Source of the DNA: Pocillopora damicornis
Taxonomy: Eukaryota
Assembly (NCBI RefSeq): GCF_003704095.1
Contig: NW_020846537.1
Coordinates: 62,001-126,000 of the forward strand
Direction of reading: 5' to 3'
Length of the DNA stretch: 64,000 nt
Shown: positions 11,918-26,609 of the stretch, in pieces
How the letters are laid out: the number at the start of each line of letters is the position of its first letter
How positions within the stretch are numbered: the stretch's first letter is position 1
Program-made: the position numbers and the translations under genes
The notes under the pieces: generated by a model
Told to the model about the DNA's origin: nothing
Database searches by the model: none
Seen by the model: only the letters and a program-made list of their open reading frames with translations

Positions 11918-14900
11918 ATGGGGGATTCTGACGACAGCAATAAAGGTTCTTAATTAAATTCATAATTTCCTAAAACGGTATTAGGTTTACTCAATATCCC
12001 TTCCAAGTCGTTACCTGTTACTGATAAACAGGATATCCAGAGTTATAATTTTTGCGGCTCCCAGTGCACATTTTTTTGCTGTCTGTTCATAATTTTCGAG
12101 TCAAAATTTTTGATCAAATAGGATGTTTACTTATTTTGCAGCCACTTCTAGTGGTCTACAGTTTGAGCAGGTTCTTATCAATGCAAACCAGAAGGAGTTA
12201 ATATGTGAGGAAGTAGGTAAACACTGGAAAAAACTGGGTTCAGCCTTAGGGCTCTCATCAGCTTTTCTGAATAACACTGAGACTGATCACAGCGGTGATT
12301 GCTGTGAAAGGGTACAAAAAGTGCTTGAAAAGTGGCAACAAGAAAACGGAAGTGGAGCAACAATGGAAGTTCTTAAAAATGCTCTGGTGAAGATAGGGAG
12401 GAGAGATGTTGCCGAAAAACTGCTTGGTATGTAATCTCCTTTTGTAAAGGAAACTCGGTCAACACCAGGTCTATCTACTTTCATAACGAAAAAACTTAAT
12501 ACCTAAGTAGAAAAAGACCTTGAAGCGAAAGACTTCATGGTTACGTTAAGGAAGTTTCTTTCTAAATAGAGCTCGCGCCGCGAACAGCTTCAATTATATC
12601 GTTGTTACACAAAGAGAGGGGTAATCAGTTATACGTAAGCCTCACTAAAGATTTAAATGAATATATAAGTTTTGCTGACGGGAGGCAATAGCTTGTGAGG
12701 TCCGTAGGCGTGTCAACGCACAGTTTTTGCGAGAATGAAGCATCACCGCGAAGACCGCTTAGCGCCACTTTAAACTCGAGTCAGATCTCCTCAAAATAAT
12801 TGAAAACATTGAACTATTTCGCCACTGCAATTGCATAAGCCAGCATTTGAATAGGTAGTAGTGGGGGAGTCTTACTGGAATCTAGCGCAATGTTAACACC
12901 TTAAGAGCATTTCATGAAGAGCCAGCAACCTTATTACCATGTACATCCGCAAATGATTTACCTCTTTCTACCTAGAAATAAGAAAAGTGGAGACAAGCTC
13001 ACGTTACGATAAAGCGCGATTTCAGAGGTTACAAAGTACAGTGGAACGGTTGGGGAAGGATCTAAAGGAAAGAATCCAATGCATGGAGGAAAAATTTTCA
13101 GAGCTGCAAAAGTACCTCTCAATTAGAAATATTAATCTGAAAAATCAGGAGCAGGAAATGATTCCAGTTGGAGAAGATGATGATTCTCGTCAGCCAGCCG
13201 GGCTGGCTGACCGCACTCAGAAAGGCAATGGACAGAGATATAGGGATAGGCAAACATGCGAGGGTTCAACTACGGATGGTAAGTTGATATTGCATAAAAT
13301 TGTGTGAGCCACCATCCGCCATAGCAGGGACCGCGGTGGGGAAGAGGCCTGAGGGCCCTCAGCCCTATAACAAAGCAAGAAAAATTCAAATTGGCAAAAC
13401 ATTAAACATTTTTCAGAAATACTAGTGCGCGTAACGGAGAAAAGCTGCAATCGGAAATTGACAAGGTACACATGCGTTAAACTGACAGTCAAAAACTTCA
13501 CAAATGTCCGTCCATTAACTAGCTTTTACGGTGAACGGACCACCTAGAAAAACAAGCAACTTTTTTCTAAAGGTGCAATACATTTTTGCCTGGAGTTATC
13601 AACATAGTCTAAACTGGCGCTGTACCCGTGTCCCTGTGACCGTGGGCTAAAATGATCTGGCTAGTATTTTTCTTCTTTTCGCTACATCCTTGATCAAAAT
13701 ACACTGGTGTATACCAATTGAACGAAAAGGAATTGTGCGGAAGAATACCCAATTAGAATAGCTTCCAAGTCTTAAAATCGACGAAGACAACAGTCGTACT
13801 TTAAAATCATCAAGGTACACATTTGTAGACCTCGAAAACGAAGAGCAAACGTGCAGAAGAAACTCGAATTGAAATAAACTGGCTTCAAAAGCCTAAAAAT
13901 CGATGATGAAAACAGTCACAGCGATATACATGGACAGAAATGTTTTATGGCGCCGTGTGAGCGATGAAACATTTCCATATCTATCGTCGGGACAGAAGCC
14001 AGTTTGAACTATATTGATAACTCCAGGCAAATATTTCGGCTTTTGTATCGCCACCCAGATGTTTGAACATGTGACAATAGCGTGATTTGGGATAGGGGCA
14101 AACCTAGAGTGGGAAGCTCACGATTTTCATCCCCAGTTTCCTGTGTTTTGGAACTTAGAACATCTGGGAAGGCGATGTATACGAACGGCTTGCAGGAGCT
14201 CGAGTAAGTTGATTTTCGCGTATCGATTTGGCTACCACATGACTATACGTTACACCTATTTGGCAGCTGGTTTACCATGTCTTAGGGTTTTAAAGATTTG
14301 ATATAATTTGACCTTTGAAAGCGATTTTATTCTTTTTGCAAGTTGATTGTGTGTATCTGTTGTAGCTACACATATTTGGCATCTTATCTACCATGTTTTG
14401 AGGTTTTTACAGATTTAATTTGATTTGACCTTTCTTTCTGTCACCCAGTCAACTTGTTAGCCATATCGCTTCTAGGGCGTGAATCTTAAGTCAGAGTTGG
14501 ACATTTTATATAGCGGACACTTAAGCACTTCGTCCACAATCTTGACTCACCTAATATCAAGCGAAATATGATAAATTTCCTGCTGGCCACTGGATCTTCT
14601 TCCGGTTCCTGGGGCCACGTTAGAAACTTAATGTTTTCGTAGTTACATATTATTTCATATGTTTAGAGACAAAACAATTTTTTCTCCGTGCCCGCTTTTA
14701 GTATACGGACTCTCGCTATAACGGACACTAAATCTTTCCCTGAGGGCGTCGACTATATTCTAGTTTTAGTTTGTTTTGATACGTTCCGAGGTCAATATGG
14801 CCGTCAGCCTACTTACCCAGAATTTTAACCAATGAAATTACAAACAATCACGTTAACAAGATAATAAACAGCAATTATAAAACAAACCTCGCACACAGAG

Positions 14901-16523
14901 AGTAAATCTGTGGATAATTATCCAATAGCTTGTATTGAGCTTCTCTTTGTTAGCTATTAATGGCGTCCCTTGCTAACACAAGCCATGCGAAGCGCTTCGA
15001 TATAGCTGCGTGACGCCATACTGGCATAGATCATTCGACGCCGGCTTAGATAGAAAACAGTGGAAAAATAAATTTTGATATCTTTAAATATATTGATAGA
15101 CAGTTAATACCAGCCATTTCCTCGGTCGCTTTTATTAGTACCATACTTTTCGTTTTTGTCTTCGCTGTCATCAGCCTAACTGTTTTTCTTTTCACATTTG
15201 GATGAAAGTTGGGCTGAAAATTAGCGCATTCTTTTTCAAAAAATCGCCTCATAACATTCCCTTGATTCGGCAAATATTTTTGGTAGGGTTGTCGGAGAAA
15301 TACGAATAATGAAGTTTTTGTGGCCAGATCTTTATTGGTATCATAATGATTTAAATTGAGTAATTTTAAAGAAGCTAATCTGAGGATTGTTTATACAGAA
15401 TGCCAGATATGTTCGCGTTTGAGAAAGGAACTAAATGACATGAGAACAGAGCACAAAAAAGATAAGAAGAAGTGGGAAGAAGAAGAACAAAGCTTGAAAA
15501 AGGAAATCATGCAACTCAAGAGTAAAAATGATGCCTTGCAGGAAGCCTACAATGGACAACTGGCGAAGATAAAAGAATTCGAAAAAACAAGCGATCCGAT
15601 TACGAAAACGAAGGCAAAAGTTGTGGAAAACTTGGAAGAGCAGATTGAAAATCTAAAAGCCGCGACAGAAAAATTAATGAAAATTATAAAAGATCAAACG
15701 GATCTAGAAGAGCCTAGGCAGTTAAAGGCTAAAATTTATGAGCTGTGGACTCAAAAAGAAAAGCTACGTAAAAGAGTAGAAAACGGTGAGATGGAGCGCA
15801 ACAGGCTACAAGAGGAGCTTGAGAAGTACATCAACTCCAGAAGGCGTAAGTATAAAGGCACAAAGTTAATAGTGCCTTGATATCTGTTTTTTATAAGGAT
15901 GTTTAGTCACGTGTTATTAAAGTTTGGAAAACGGTCGGGCGGAGGGGGTAGGGATAACGTTCCCTTTTCCACTGTTTTCTGAGGTACTTTTCTTTCTCCG
16001 TTTAGGCGTTTTCTCGCCAACCGGAGAGCAATTTGGTGGAAACTGCCGTGGTGTCATATGCTTCTTGAAGAGAGAAGCCTCGGCTAAGCTGGTAGCTAAC
16101 AGATCCACCGATTACATTGGAAATGTGAATGACATACTTAACCATGAGACGGCCACCATCAGTGGGACAGAGGATAAGGAAAATTCATGGTGGTCCATCG
16201 ATCTGGGCTTACGCTATCGGCTTATAATCACAAACTGCTCTTTGAGGGACGGTAATATGTATGGAAAGTTAGCACCTATAAATTGGAAACTAGAGGGATC
16301 TAATGATGGAGAGAAATGGGATAGTCTTGAAACTATTCACATGAAGGATTCACAGTGTATGTGCAGAGACACATCTTTGTATCATACGAGAATTTGGTCT
16401 GTTGTAGGGGAAATAGCGCCTTTTCGTTTTTTTCGAATTTTCCAGACAGGTACAAATTCCTCTGGCAGCAATGGATTATATCTATCTGGAATTGAGCTAT
16501 ATGGAATACTTCTAAACATTTGA
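11918..16523 (+). CDS. Gene B: Death domain - shortened coiled coil - divergent SUN-like/galactose-binding domain protein (526 aa predicted)
   Basis: Exons 11918-11945 (MGDSDDSNK), 12142-12426 (DD), 12976-13278, 15399-15845, 16006-16523; total 1581 nt, open frame, all phase-1 GT-AG introns. Confidence 0.85.
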
Positions 16524-16529
16524 GAGCTG

Positions 16530-17110
16530 ACAACTAGGGAGGCTTTTAACCTTTAATGTTTTCATCAAGCGGCTGAGATAAAAAAATAATCCCTCAAATC
16601 AAGGTCTGTGTGTGAGTTACCTTTAAAAGTGCCTGTGAGGGGTCACATAACTTTTTCTTTGTAATCTCTTACATCTTCACCTAGAGTGTGATTTTTCGTT
16701 CGTTTTGCAACAATTAGTACATTGCAATTTTCTGTTTGGTTTTAAGTGAAATGCAAGTCAAAAAAAAAAAATTAAGATGCCCTATTCTTTGATCAATTTT
16801 TTAAGGGTGTGGCAAATCAATATTTTGTAGGCAGTTAAATGAAATTGAAGATATTGAAAATTAAGAGAAAGGAAAAATTTTTTAGCTGTCTATGCTGCAA
16901 GAATATCGTTGTAAATGATCATCTAACACAACCTAAGTGATAGAGTGTTGATCTTAGTTTGCCCGAGTTTGTAACGAAGAATTCGTTTATTTAGGAAATT
17001 GCTAGGTTATTGAATCCTTCAGAACCAAGTAGTAGGGGAGAATTATCAGCGTTTTTAAAATAGTAATGACTGTAGCTTTTAGAGTGCTTTATAGATTGTC
17101 AGCTTTTTCT
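16530..17110 (+). repeat. 3' flank of B, paralogous to 3' flank of C (about 26560-27120)
   Basis: Shared strings cacataactttttctttgtaatctctta and gtaaatgatcatctaacacaacctaag. Confidence 0.88.
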
Positions 17111-20100
17111 TTATCGTCCACCAAATATTTGTGCTGGAGAATGGTAACACATGAAAACCGGGTATAAAAGTTGTTCTAAAGGGGAAAAGTTGCTCATAGG
17201 GTCGTAAGCAGCCAAACTTGTAACTTTCGAACATAAGAAACTAAAAGATGTTGTGCGACTCAGGTTCTGGTCAGTAGCCACCACATATAACTATAATTGG
17301 CGTTCTCTCGCGGATACTGAAGTCTGATTGGCTATGCCCCTCGCTATTCCGTTTTAGAATAAATCAACTAGCGCTTTATCAAAACTACTGCAATCTGATT
17401 GGCTATACTAGTAGGTCTTTATTCCGTGATAGATAGTGAGTAAAGTGAGTGGATTATCGATGTGATTGGAAACAAAATAAAATGAAAACATGAGCGTGTC
17501 TTGTTGAAAACTTTTGAACGACTGGAAGATTGGTACCAAAACAGTTAGAATAGGAGCTTTAGATTTCTTCATATAGGATAAGATATTCGCCCTCATCAAC
17601 TGCATCACGGATTAGGAATCTCGAGCTCCACCACATTCTAATTTTCAGATATATGTAGATAGTGAGTGTGACCTCTGGAAGATTGGTACCAAAACAGTTA
17701 GAATAGGAGCTTTAGATTTCTTCACATAGGATAAGATATTNNNNNNNNNNNNNNNNNNNNNNNNNNNNNNNNNNNNNNNNNNNNNNNNNNNNNNNNNNNN
17801 NNNNNNNNNNNNNNNNNNNNNNNNNNNNNNNNNNNNNNNNTAGAGCTGAAGCTGTCACGCCATCTGCCGAATTGTACTGTTAGACCTTTTCCGGGACTTC
17901 TTTTTAGCTTTTTTTCGATGATTGAAAGTGAAATTTTGGAACAAGCGAGCCGTGGGTTATTGAATTTTCCAAACCCGGGGAGAAGGGGAGAATTATCAAA
18001 CTGTTAATAATCGTGATAAGGGGCGTAGTTTTCTAAAGTGTTATCTGGATTGTCAGTCAGTATTTCTGACGAGCTTTCAGTGGATAGACTTAAAATGGGG
18101 GAATAAAAGATCACTTGATTGAGTGAAGCGTTTTGTGTTCATCTGTTAATTGACGCACGCAAAAAATGACGAGGGAGTAGAACACCGAAGTCGACTCAGA
18201 GAGAAAGACTTTTGACAATGTGCTAAACACAATTAGAGGCTGAAGCATTTTTTCTCTAATTCGAGTTCTGAGGAAGGATAACTCATGAGGACCGGGTATA
18301 AAAGTAACTATAAAGAGGAAAAGTTGATCTTAGAGTCAAATAGCCAAACGTTGTCGAATATTAGAATGTAAATGGGGTTGTGCCGCTCATGTTTTATCAA
18401 AACGCAGCAATCTGACTGGCCACGCTACTCGCTCTCTATTCGGCGTTAAGTAGTGAGTAACCTACCAGTGTGCGTTTGGAAACAAAATGAAATAAAAGTA
18501 TTCGCCTGTTTTGTTAAATTTGGACGACTAGTAGATTTAATATAAAAAGATAAGATTATTTGCTCTCGATTTCTTAACGTGACAGGTGATTCACGCTTCG
18601 CACTCATCAAACTTTCCCACTAGAGGAATCTCAAGCTCATGATCCAACTATTAACCCTTTCATTCGTCCTTACTTGAGGGGAGGGAGAGGGGAGTTTGAA
18701 CCTCACCCAGGTGATGGTGAGGAATTTTAACCGGAAGTATTAAGTCTTTCAGAGGGATGCAAATGTTATATCTTTGAATATAAAAGTTTAAAGGTAAGTA
18801 GTTTACTTTCGCGAGCGAATGGCTCAGAAGAGAAAGTCTACAATATCTAAGTTTTAAGGCTTGGTCCTGAGATGTAGAATTTTTCTTTTTACCGAAAAAA
18901 CTGAGCGGGAATTTGAACAAACCAGTCTTTTGCCCGGAGGTTTGCCTAGGGGAGGATGCTAAAGCTTCGACTCGATCGACGTATTAACTCCAACATAAAC
19001 TCCAATGTCTAAAAAATTGAGTCTTGAGTGCCAAAATATTCCAAAGTGTGAATAATCCAAGGTAGACCGTAGAAATGGCCCGTGAGTGGGTTAAAAAGGC
19101 CAATTTGAAAAGAAGTTTTATTGATTCTTATACTCCTAACAGTTGTTCCGTGTGTCAGCTGTGCCTTCATCGGGATATGAAGCACCCGGGAAGTTTGAAG
19201 AGCACCAAAGGTGCGTAAGAGTTTGTTGAGGCGTAACCGAAGGTAATTCTAACTTCTTAAGTACTTCTTTTCCTGATGAGCGCACAACTGACTCATGAAT
19301 CAGTTATATTACCGGGTTGTTAGCATAAAGATGTACTATAAAGAGTAGTTTATCGTCAACGCACACACACCCGTCAACCGCCCCCTTAGTACAGATTTCT
19401 CTATCTCTCCAGCCTTCTGCTGCCATTACAATCAAGGATGGCGGCCGTAATTTTCGTTAATAAAATACTGAACGCTTGCTCGCCAAAATTACTCCTGCTC
19501 TGCAGGCAAGCAATAATTTGGCTTTTTTCAATCATATAAAACAAATAGATTCCATGTTGCCATGGGTCTGTACAGTTAATACATAGATTCAGTAAGACAT
19601 AGATCAATTTCTGCACCGAACATGTCATTCCAAACAACTATCAATAGGATCACATTACTGTCACACACTTAGCCTGAAATATAATCCGAACATCTGAATA
19701 AGCTAATTGTTCAGATAATGTAAATTGACCACCGAAAACTTTTTACGGTTGGCGATATACATTACTAACGCAGTTGATAAAGCCAAATTTTCTTAGTGTC
19801 TAGATAGTTTGTGCATGAGACCTTGGGGCTATGCCTAGTTTCTAAGCCCCTTCGTCCGAGTAGTGTTTCCAAATTTTGGCAACTCAGAGAGTAATATTTC
19901 GTTATGCAGATTGTTTAAATGATGTATAATAAAACAATTATTGAATTCGGGTTTTGCGTGATATCTGCCAAAGCCAAACTCATACCTCGGCTTTGATAAT
20001 TCATGATAACATGCTCAACCTCATCCAATAATTGTTTATTACTCTCTGGAAGTTGAATGAACGCCAGTAAGAACTTGAACACACTTGTCTGTATTTGATA

Positions 20101-23090
20101 GGATGGTAAAAAGGCTGACTGTGTCAGTGTAATTACACAGTTAAGAGAGAATGTTGTTAAGTAGTCCTGAATATTTTGCATGTAAAAAGTGAAACAAGTT
20201 GTCTGCATTTTTAACTGAGCAGAGAAGTAGGCAAGTCTTCACCAGGATATGAACTTATAGACCAGTTTCTTTGTCCAAATTTCTCATTTCGAGAACGATG
20301 TTGCTGAATCACAGAAATGCATTGATTCAAATGCAAATTATCTTTTAAATATACCAAAATCTGCCAATTGGTCCTTGAGTTCCTTCTTCTCGACTCCAGA
20401 CCGGCTACAACAGTATTCTGTGGCAAGGGTATCATGTGAGTTTCATTATCTCGAAAAGCAGTGCCGTAAGCGTTCTCGAAAAGTTTCTTTTGTGGAGCGC
20501 AATTAGTCAGGTTCAATTTCAACGGTAAGCCTTACTTTAAGAATAGAAAGTATATGGTTTGAACCTAGGAATAACTGTCGATCGTGTAGTCCGATCGTTT
20601 GAGAGAGAGTAGTCTTGAAAAGGACCGTTGTTGATAACTTAAAAGTCATTGACGTTTGGACAACCTCAGGCAGGGGAAAAAGTCATAAGAAGCAAGTTAT
20701 AGCGAGCTTAAGAGGGGCCTCGACATTTTGTCATTTACAATCAGCATGAAGAGAACCTTATCATCTGTTTAAAACATCCATGTCTCAAGACAGGAAAGTA
20801 GAGACTTCATCCAAGAAAATTTATATGTTAGAGATCGGAGGGAGCCCCAAACGACCTATCAAATTCATGTTTACAGAAGTCGGTCCTTGTTACAAGATTT
20901 TATTTTTCAAACTAGTAATTAATTCTGTGGAAATGCGCCAGCAATGCATTCAACCACAACATCAGTTAAATGATACGATATTGCGTTTCATTCCCTTCGT
21001 CATGCTTCGTGGCCCGAATTAACGAGTGTCAACAAATAAAAGATTAGTGCATAGCGACTGCAACCAACGGGCGAAGCTAAGCCAAGAGCTGCTTTTCGTT
21101 GCTGAATTTTCTTCCTCATCAAATAATACTTTCAGAAGGGTAACTTGACACCGAAAGAAGATGAATGCTACGATTTAATTGATTGTTCATGTAGACGTAA
21201 TTAGTAAAATATGCGGAAATCTTTAATAATGAAAAGAAACCATAGCAACCATGTTTAATGAACGTGGTTCTCAATTATCATGGCAGGTTTGATTCCTTTA
21301 TTTTAGGTGGGATGTAGGGAGGCGAGAATATTTTATGGAATGAGATATTGCGAGAAACTGAGAAATTAAAAATAATGGGGTTCTGGAATGTTGAAGAAAT
21401 TGAGGCAATTTGTATTATCTAGAAATGATACTTGACATCGCTCAGAGTGCCCAGACATCTTAATCATTCGCAACCATCGAGGCAGGCAAATTTGAATGAT
21501 TCGTTAACTTATATAATATTTCGCCATAACTTGTGCATTTGAAGAATTTCAAACTTTGGACTGAATAGGCAGGTGAAATTGAAAGAAATCCATACAAAAA
21601 CAAAATAACCAATCAGATTTTCTAGTTGTTTAAAGAAACCAATAAAATGAAAGGCAAAGTAGGTCAAAGAAGTCATCGTGTGGTAATTGAACTTTGTATT
21701 GTGAAATTTTTATCTAAATCATACATTTGATTTCAAATCGAACTCACTCTGCGTGTTCGTTCGACTTTGAAATCACACTTATATATAATTTCAGACCTAA
21801 TAATATACTTGCAAAACTTTCAGAATTCTCATTGGCCGAGAACTTGTCAATTAACCCCAAACATTTCAGAAAGTCGAAATTGAGTGAAGAAAGTTAATGT
21901 TGGATGCAGAAAGATGAATTTGAAATGACTGAGGAATTATCAAGGAAAAGGCCTGACTTCTTCGGCAATAAGGCAAAGGTAAGCGGCCAAACTGGTAAGC
22001 CCTGACACAATATGTAAACAGTACGGCTTGAGCAAACAAGGTTAGCAAGTAGATTATCATATAGCGCTCGGAGTGAACGTTTTTTTTTCAAACTTGCCGA
22101 TTTTCGAGAACGAAAAGACACGGTTTATCACTGTTTCCGTGGAAATGGCTTATACGAAAAAGTTTTAAAGAATCTTTTTCCTAATTAATGTTATTTATTG
22201 GTTTTATCATGGAAAATAAAGACTGTCTAAAATAAATTAAAAATAAAAAGAATTTAAATGTAAACATTTTAAGCATGGATTTGACTACTGAAGATAGTTA
22301 GGAGCCAAGATTTATTTTGTCTTCACTTATTGATGCTGAAACCATAGCAATCATTATACTCCATTTGGGGGCAGGTTTAATTTCTAATACAGTTTGGTCA
22401 GTGTAAAAGAATGACTGTTTGATCTTTTGGACAACTAGGTGATTTTTGAAAGAAATCAATTCATGAATCGATATGGAGGCCTTATCACTCTTACCCTGTA
22501 AAAAAATATTTTCAGATACATCCATCCTGCCCATGGAAAAGTAGTTACTTCAGAAACAATTACCGAAACGTCAGGGAATGAAATCAGCGTCATTGTAAAC
22601 CATTCATTTTCATTGTTCTGCTCTAACCAGATAAAAAATGCGTAAAACTGTGCTCCTCACAGCAACACATATTCATACAGTTTCATTACTGCTTTCTCGG
22701 GTTTCAAAGACACGACTATTGAACTGAGAGCTAGTCATGGTACTTTTTTCGTAATGAGATGGACATCAGAGCTATTGCTGTGGCCCATGGCCATTTATTT
22801 CGCCTTACTTGCCTATTAGCCTTTAGAGATAGAACGGAATAAAAGCCTGATTGCTCTTTCCTTAAACGGGATCTATCTTGCGATCAGGCGTTCTTTTTGT
22901 CTGCTATATTGCTTGATCGCCGACTCTATAACAGCCACACCATCGCACGCCTCAGAAAAAAAAAAGAACGCTTGATTGCAGGTAACTGATTTTATATTGG
23001 TGACTTTTGTCTTCTTTAGCTACTTCAGCCGAGACAGAATCTGGAAATTGCCTCAGTTTGACAAAATTCTCGACCGACTCACTTGAAGAG

Positions 23091-26000
23091 ATGGCAAATT
23101 CAACCAGAAATGAAGGTTCTTAAAGTTCTAATTTCATAACTTAAACGCTATCAGTTAAACTGACTATCCCCTCCAAGTCGTTACCTGTAATCGATATAGT
23201 ATTATGTGGAATCCTGAGAAGTCATTTCCACGGCTCCTAGCGAGCTTTTGTTGCTATCTGTCTTTTAAACCTTTTATGTGACAATTTTTTTTTCAATAAG
23301 ATAAATGCTTATTTTGCAGACACCTCCAATATCACACAATGGCGACAGGCTCGTGTCACTGAAAACCACATATTGTTAATATGCGATGACGTGGGTAGAT
23401 TCTGGATAGACCTAGGAACTATCTTGAAGTTGCCACCAGCTGAGGTTGTTAATATTGAGGACGAATTCAGATATAACCGTGACAGGGCGTGGAAAGTAAT
23501 GAAAAGGTGGCTACAAATGAAGGGAAGAGAAGCAACTGTGGGAATTCTCGCAGATGCTCTTGAGCAGATGAAGATGAGAAATGCCGTCGAAAAGCTGATT
23601 GGTATGTGATTTCTTATTTGAAGAGAGTACACTCAGTGCCGAGTCTATTTATTTCCTTAAAAAAATACCTTAAACCCATGTGGGAAAAGATTTTCAAATG
23701 ACCAACTTCTCAGTCATACCAGGGGGATTACATTTTCTAACGCAGTTCGCGACGAAGGCAAGTTTTGTTACATTTACAGTAGTTACACCAGGGAAGGAGA
23801 ACCTAATTAAACTCAAGCTCTACTTTATATAACAAAGATATCAACAACTGGACCATTAGCCGATGTAAAGCAATAGTTTAGCCAGTCAGCGTTTCACTGC
23901 ACAGTTTTTGCGAAGTTGAAGTACTACAGCGGGCCGGACCTTGAGGCCTGAATGTAAAGAAAACACTAGGACAAATTGAACTACTTTTATCAATAAAATG
24001 TAATTGCATACACGTAGAAGAAACTCGTCCAGAAATCTTATCTTAGCCCTGTGATAAGTTACGATTGTGAAAACCTTTTACTTTATCATTTAAGAAAGAG
24101 CCTATTGCGACCTCTCTACCTTTGGTTAACTTCTGCAATTTCTTTTCACTGTCTAATTAGAAAAAGTAAAAGTGGAGGCTGGATTGAACTCCGTTCGAGC
24201 TGCAAGCGGGAAGTTACGAAAGGACGTTGAACTTTTGAGGGTAGAAATACAGAACGGGCAACGGATGCAAGACGAAACACGGAAAGAATACGAAGAATTA
24301 AATTGCGAAATGCAAACAGCAACTGGAGAGGAAGGCCGAAAAAACATGGAAACTAGGATGCAACGCCTCGAGACAACAATTGAACGGCTGGAAAGGCAAG
24401 ATCCACTACAAAAATTGACTCGATTGCTAGAAATTTGCGGCAGGATTGACGAGGGTCTACGTGATGTACAGGAGAGCGTCAGAAAAGTCTCTGAAAACCA
24501 AAACGCGGCGGTTGGAAGGTCATTCGAAGCCGATAGGAATACATCAGATGAACCTATTGAGAGGCAACAAGAGGAAACTACATCGGAAGATACCATTCAG
24601 AGAGACACAATACGGAGGGATTCGCAGAACCAAAGAGAAAGTGAACTCATTATAAAACCTTTGCTTGACGGTAAGCTTATATTGCACAATTCATTGTCAG
24701 CCAAATTTGTAATGTTCTGTCCGAGAGACGTCGATGGAGTCAGATAAACTAAAACAAATTAATTTAAAATAAAAAAAATTCGTTTTAATTTCAAAATATA
24801 TCTCTCAAAATTCCTATGCACATGTTCAGAGTGCACGAAATACCGAAATACAACATTTTCTGAACACCCTTCCCAAGAGTTCAACTGAAATTGGACGATA
24901 AATGAATCAATTGGAGATACTGTGGTTCGATAATCCTTTTTCTTAGTTCATTTAAAATTTTAGCTCGACGTTCAATGGAATATATGCCAAGTATTTATAC
25001 AATCATTGATTGGGTTTAAAAACGTCGTCTTCATCTTTGGGTATCAAGTTATCCTTCTTTATTTTTTTTTTCCAGACTGTTCAACAAGTATACTTGTGAA
25101 CGTTATTTTCTTACAGATATTGATCGAATACCGGCAAAATTTCTCTTGTTTCGACCACGCAACTAAATTTATTCACCGCGCTATTAACATGTCTTCTACA
25201 TCACATACATTACAAGTGAGGATTTCTGTGTCGTCATGGTAACTGGGCCTACTGGCGTCGTGGTTTTACTTTCCACGAAAGTTTAATCTCTTCATTTTGA
25301 AATCAATACCGATGTCGAACTCAACTTTTTCAGGAGAATTTTTTATGTTCAGCAATCCCTGCAGTAGGTTTTCTAGACGATTTTCTTTGATTCAAATTTT
25401 TAGGAAATGAAATGGAACTCAATGATGTGGAAAAAGAAAGAGATTCACTGAAAACCAAATCTGGTCAACCAGACCAAACGAGCAAAAGTCAACTGGAGCG
25501 GAAAAGAAAGTTAAAAACAAATAATAAACAAGTTAAAGTGGAGAGAAACGAAGCCATCGAACCAAATAAAGTAATGGTGGAACAGATTCAAAAGCTTGAA
25601 GCGGAGAAAAAGGAGCTCGAAATGACGTTAAATGGTCAAACCGATCTTATGGCTGAAAATGAAAAGCTGTCGACTCAAATAGAAAGGCTGACAAAAGAAG
25701 CAAACAACTCTGAGTTTGAGTGCAAGCGGCTACAAGAGGAGCTCAAGACGTACATAAATTACCAAAGTCGTAAGTACACGAAAGAACTTTTTAAAGATAA
25801 TATTGACTTTCTGTCTTTAGCTAATCCGTTTCAGTCTAAAGTGGTACAGCCTTGCGCTATCTCTATCTACGTATCTGCCATATTAGTTTAGTTTTTCCTT
25901 AACCCCTTCCTTTACGTTAAGCACATTCTTCGCTGATGTTGAATTATATACATATGGGAAGGGAAGACAAGGCATTTTTTTCTTTTAACGTTATCTATCT

Positions 26001-26609
26001 TACTTTCGTTTCTACTTAGACGTTTTCTTACCAGCTGGAAAGGAATTTGCCGGCATATGCACTGGTGTCATCTGCTTCCTGAAACAAAGATTAAAAGATG
26101 CACCTTGCGCTGAATTGATTGCTTCCAGATCTTCCGATGGCCCTGGAGATGGGGCTGACGTATTAAACCATAAGACAGGCACCGTCAGTGCGACAGAAGA
26201 AAAGAAAAATTCGTGGTGGTCTATTGATCTGGGCTCAAGCCATCGGCTTGTGATTACACACTACGCTTTGAGGCACGGCAAAAGAGAAAAAGAGTCACTG
26301 CTAACCCAATGGCAGCTGAAGGGATCCAATGATGGGAAGCAATGGGAAAACATTGACACTATTCGCGACAAGAAGGATCCACAGTTCAAAGATCCTTCCC
26401 TATTTTGTACAGGCAAATGGTCTGTCAAAGGGGAAATAGGGCCTTTTCGTTATTTTCGAATTTTCCAGACAGGTGTTAATTCCTCTGGCAAATATGGAAT
26501 ATACCTATCTGGAATTGAGCTGTATGGAGTACTTCTAAACATGTGTGAACTAACAGAAACAGAGGCTTTATCCTATAAAGTTTTCATCAAGCAGCCGAAT
26601 GAAAAGTGA
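23091..26609 (+). CDS. Gene C: Death domain - coiled coil - SUN-like/galactose-binding domain protein (590 aa predicted)
   Basis: Exons 23091-23115 (MANSTRNE), 23320-23601 (DD), 24161-24670, 25404-25769, 26020-26609; total 1773 nt, open frame, all phase-1 GT-AG introns. Exons 3-5 and their introns closely match gene A. Confidence 0.87.

Noticed and set aside
13326-14611. Possible non-autonomous DNA transposon in B intron 3 (cagggaccgc ... ccggttcctg)
   Set aside because: Terminal inverted match is short and imperfect, with no target-site duplication or transposase remnant.
17676-17740. Direct repeat of 17525-17588
   Set aside because: Abuts an N gap; probably an assembly overlap artefact.
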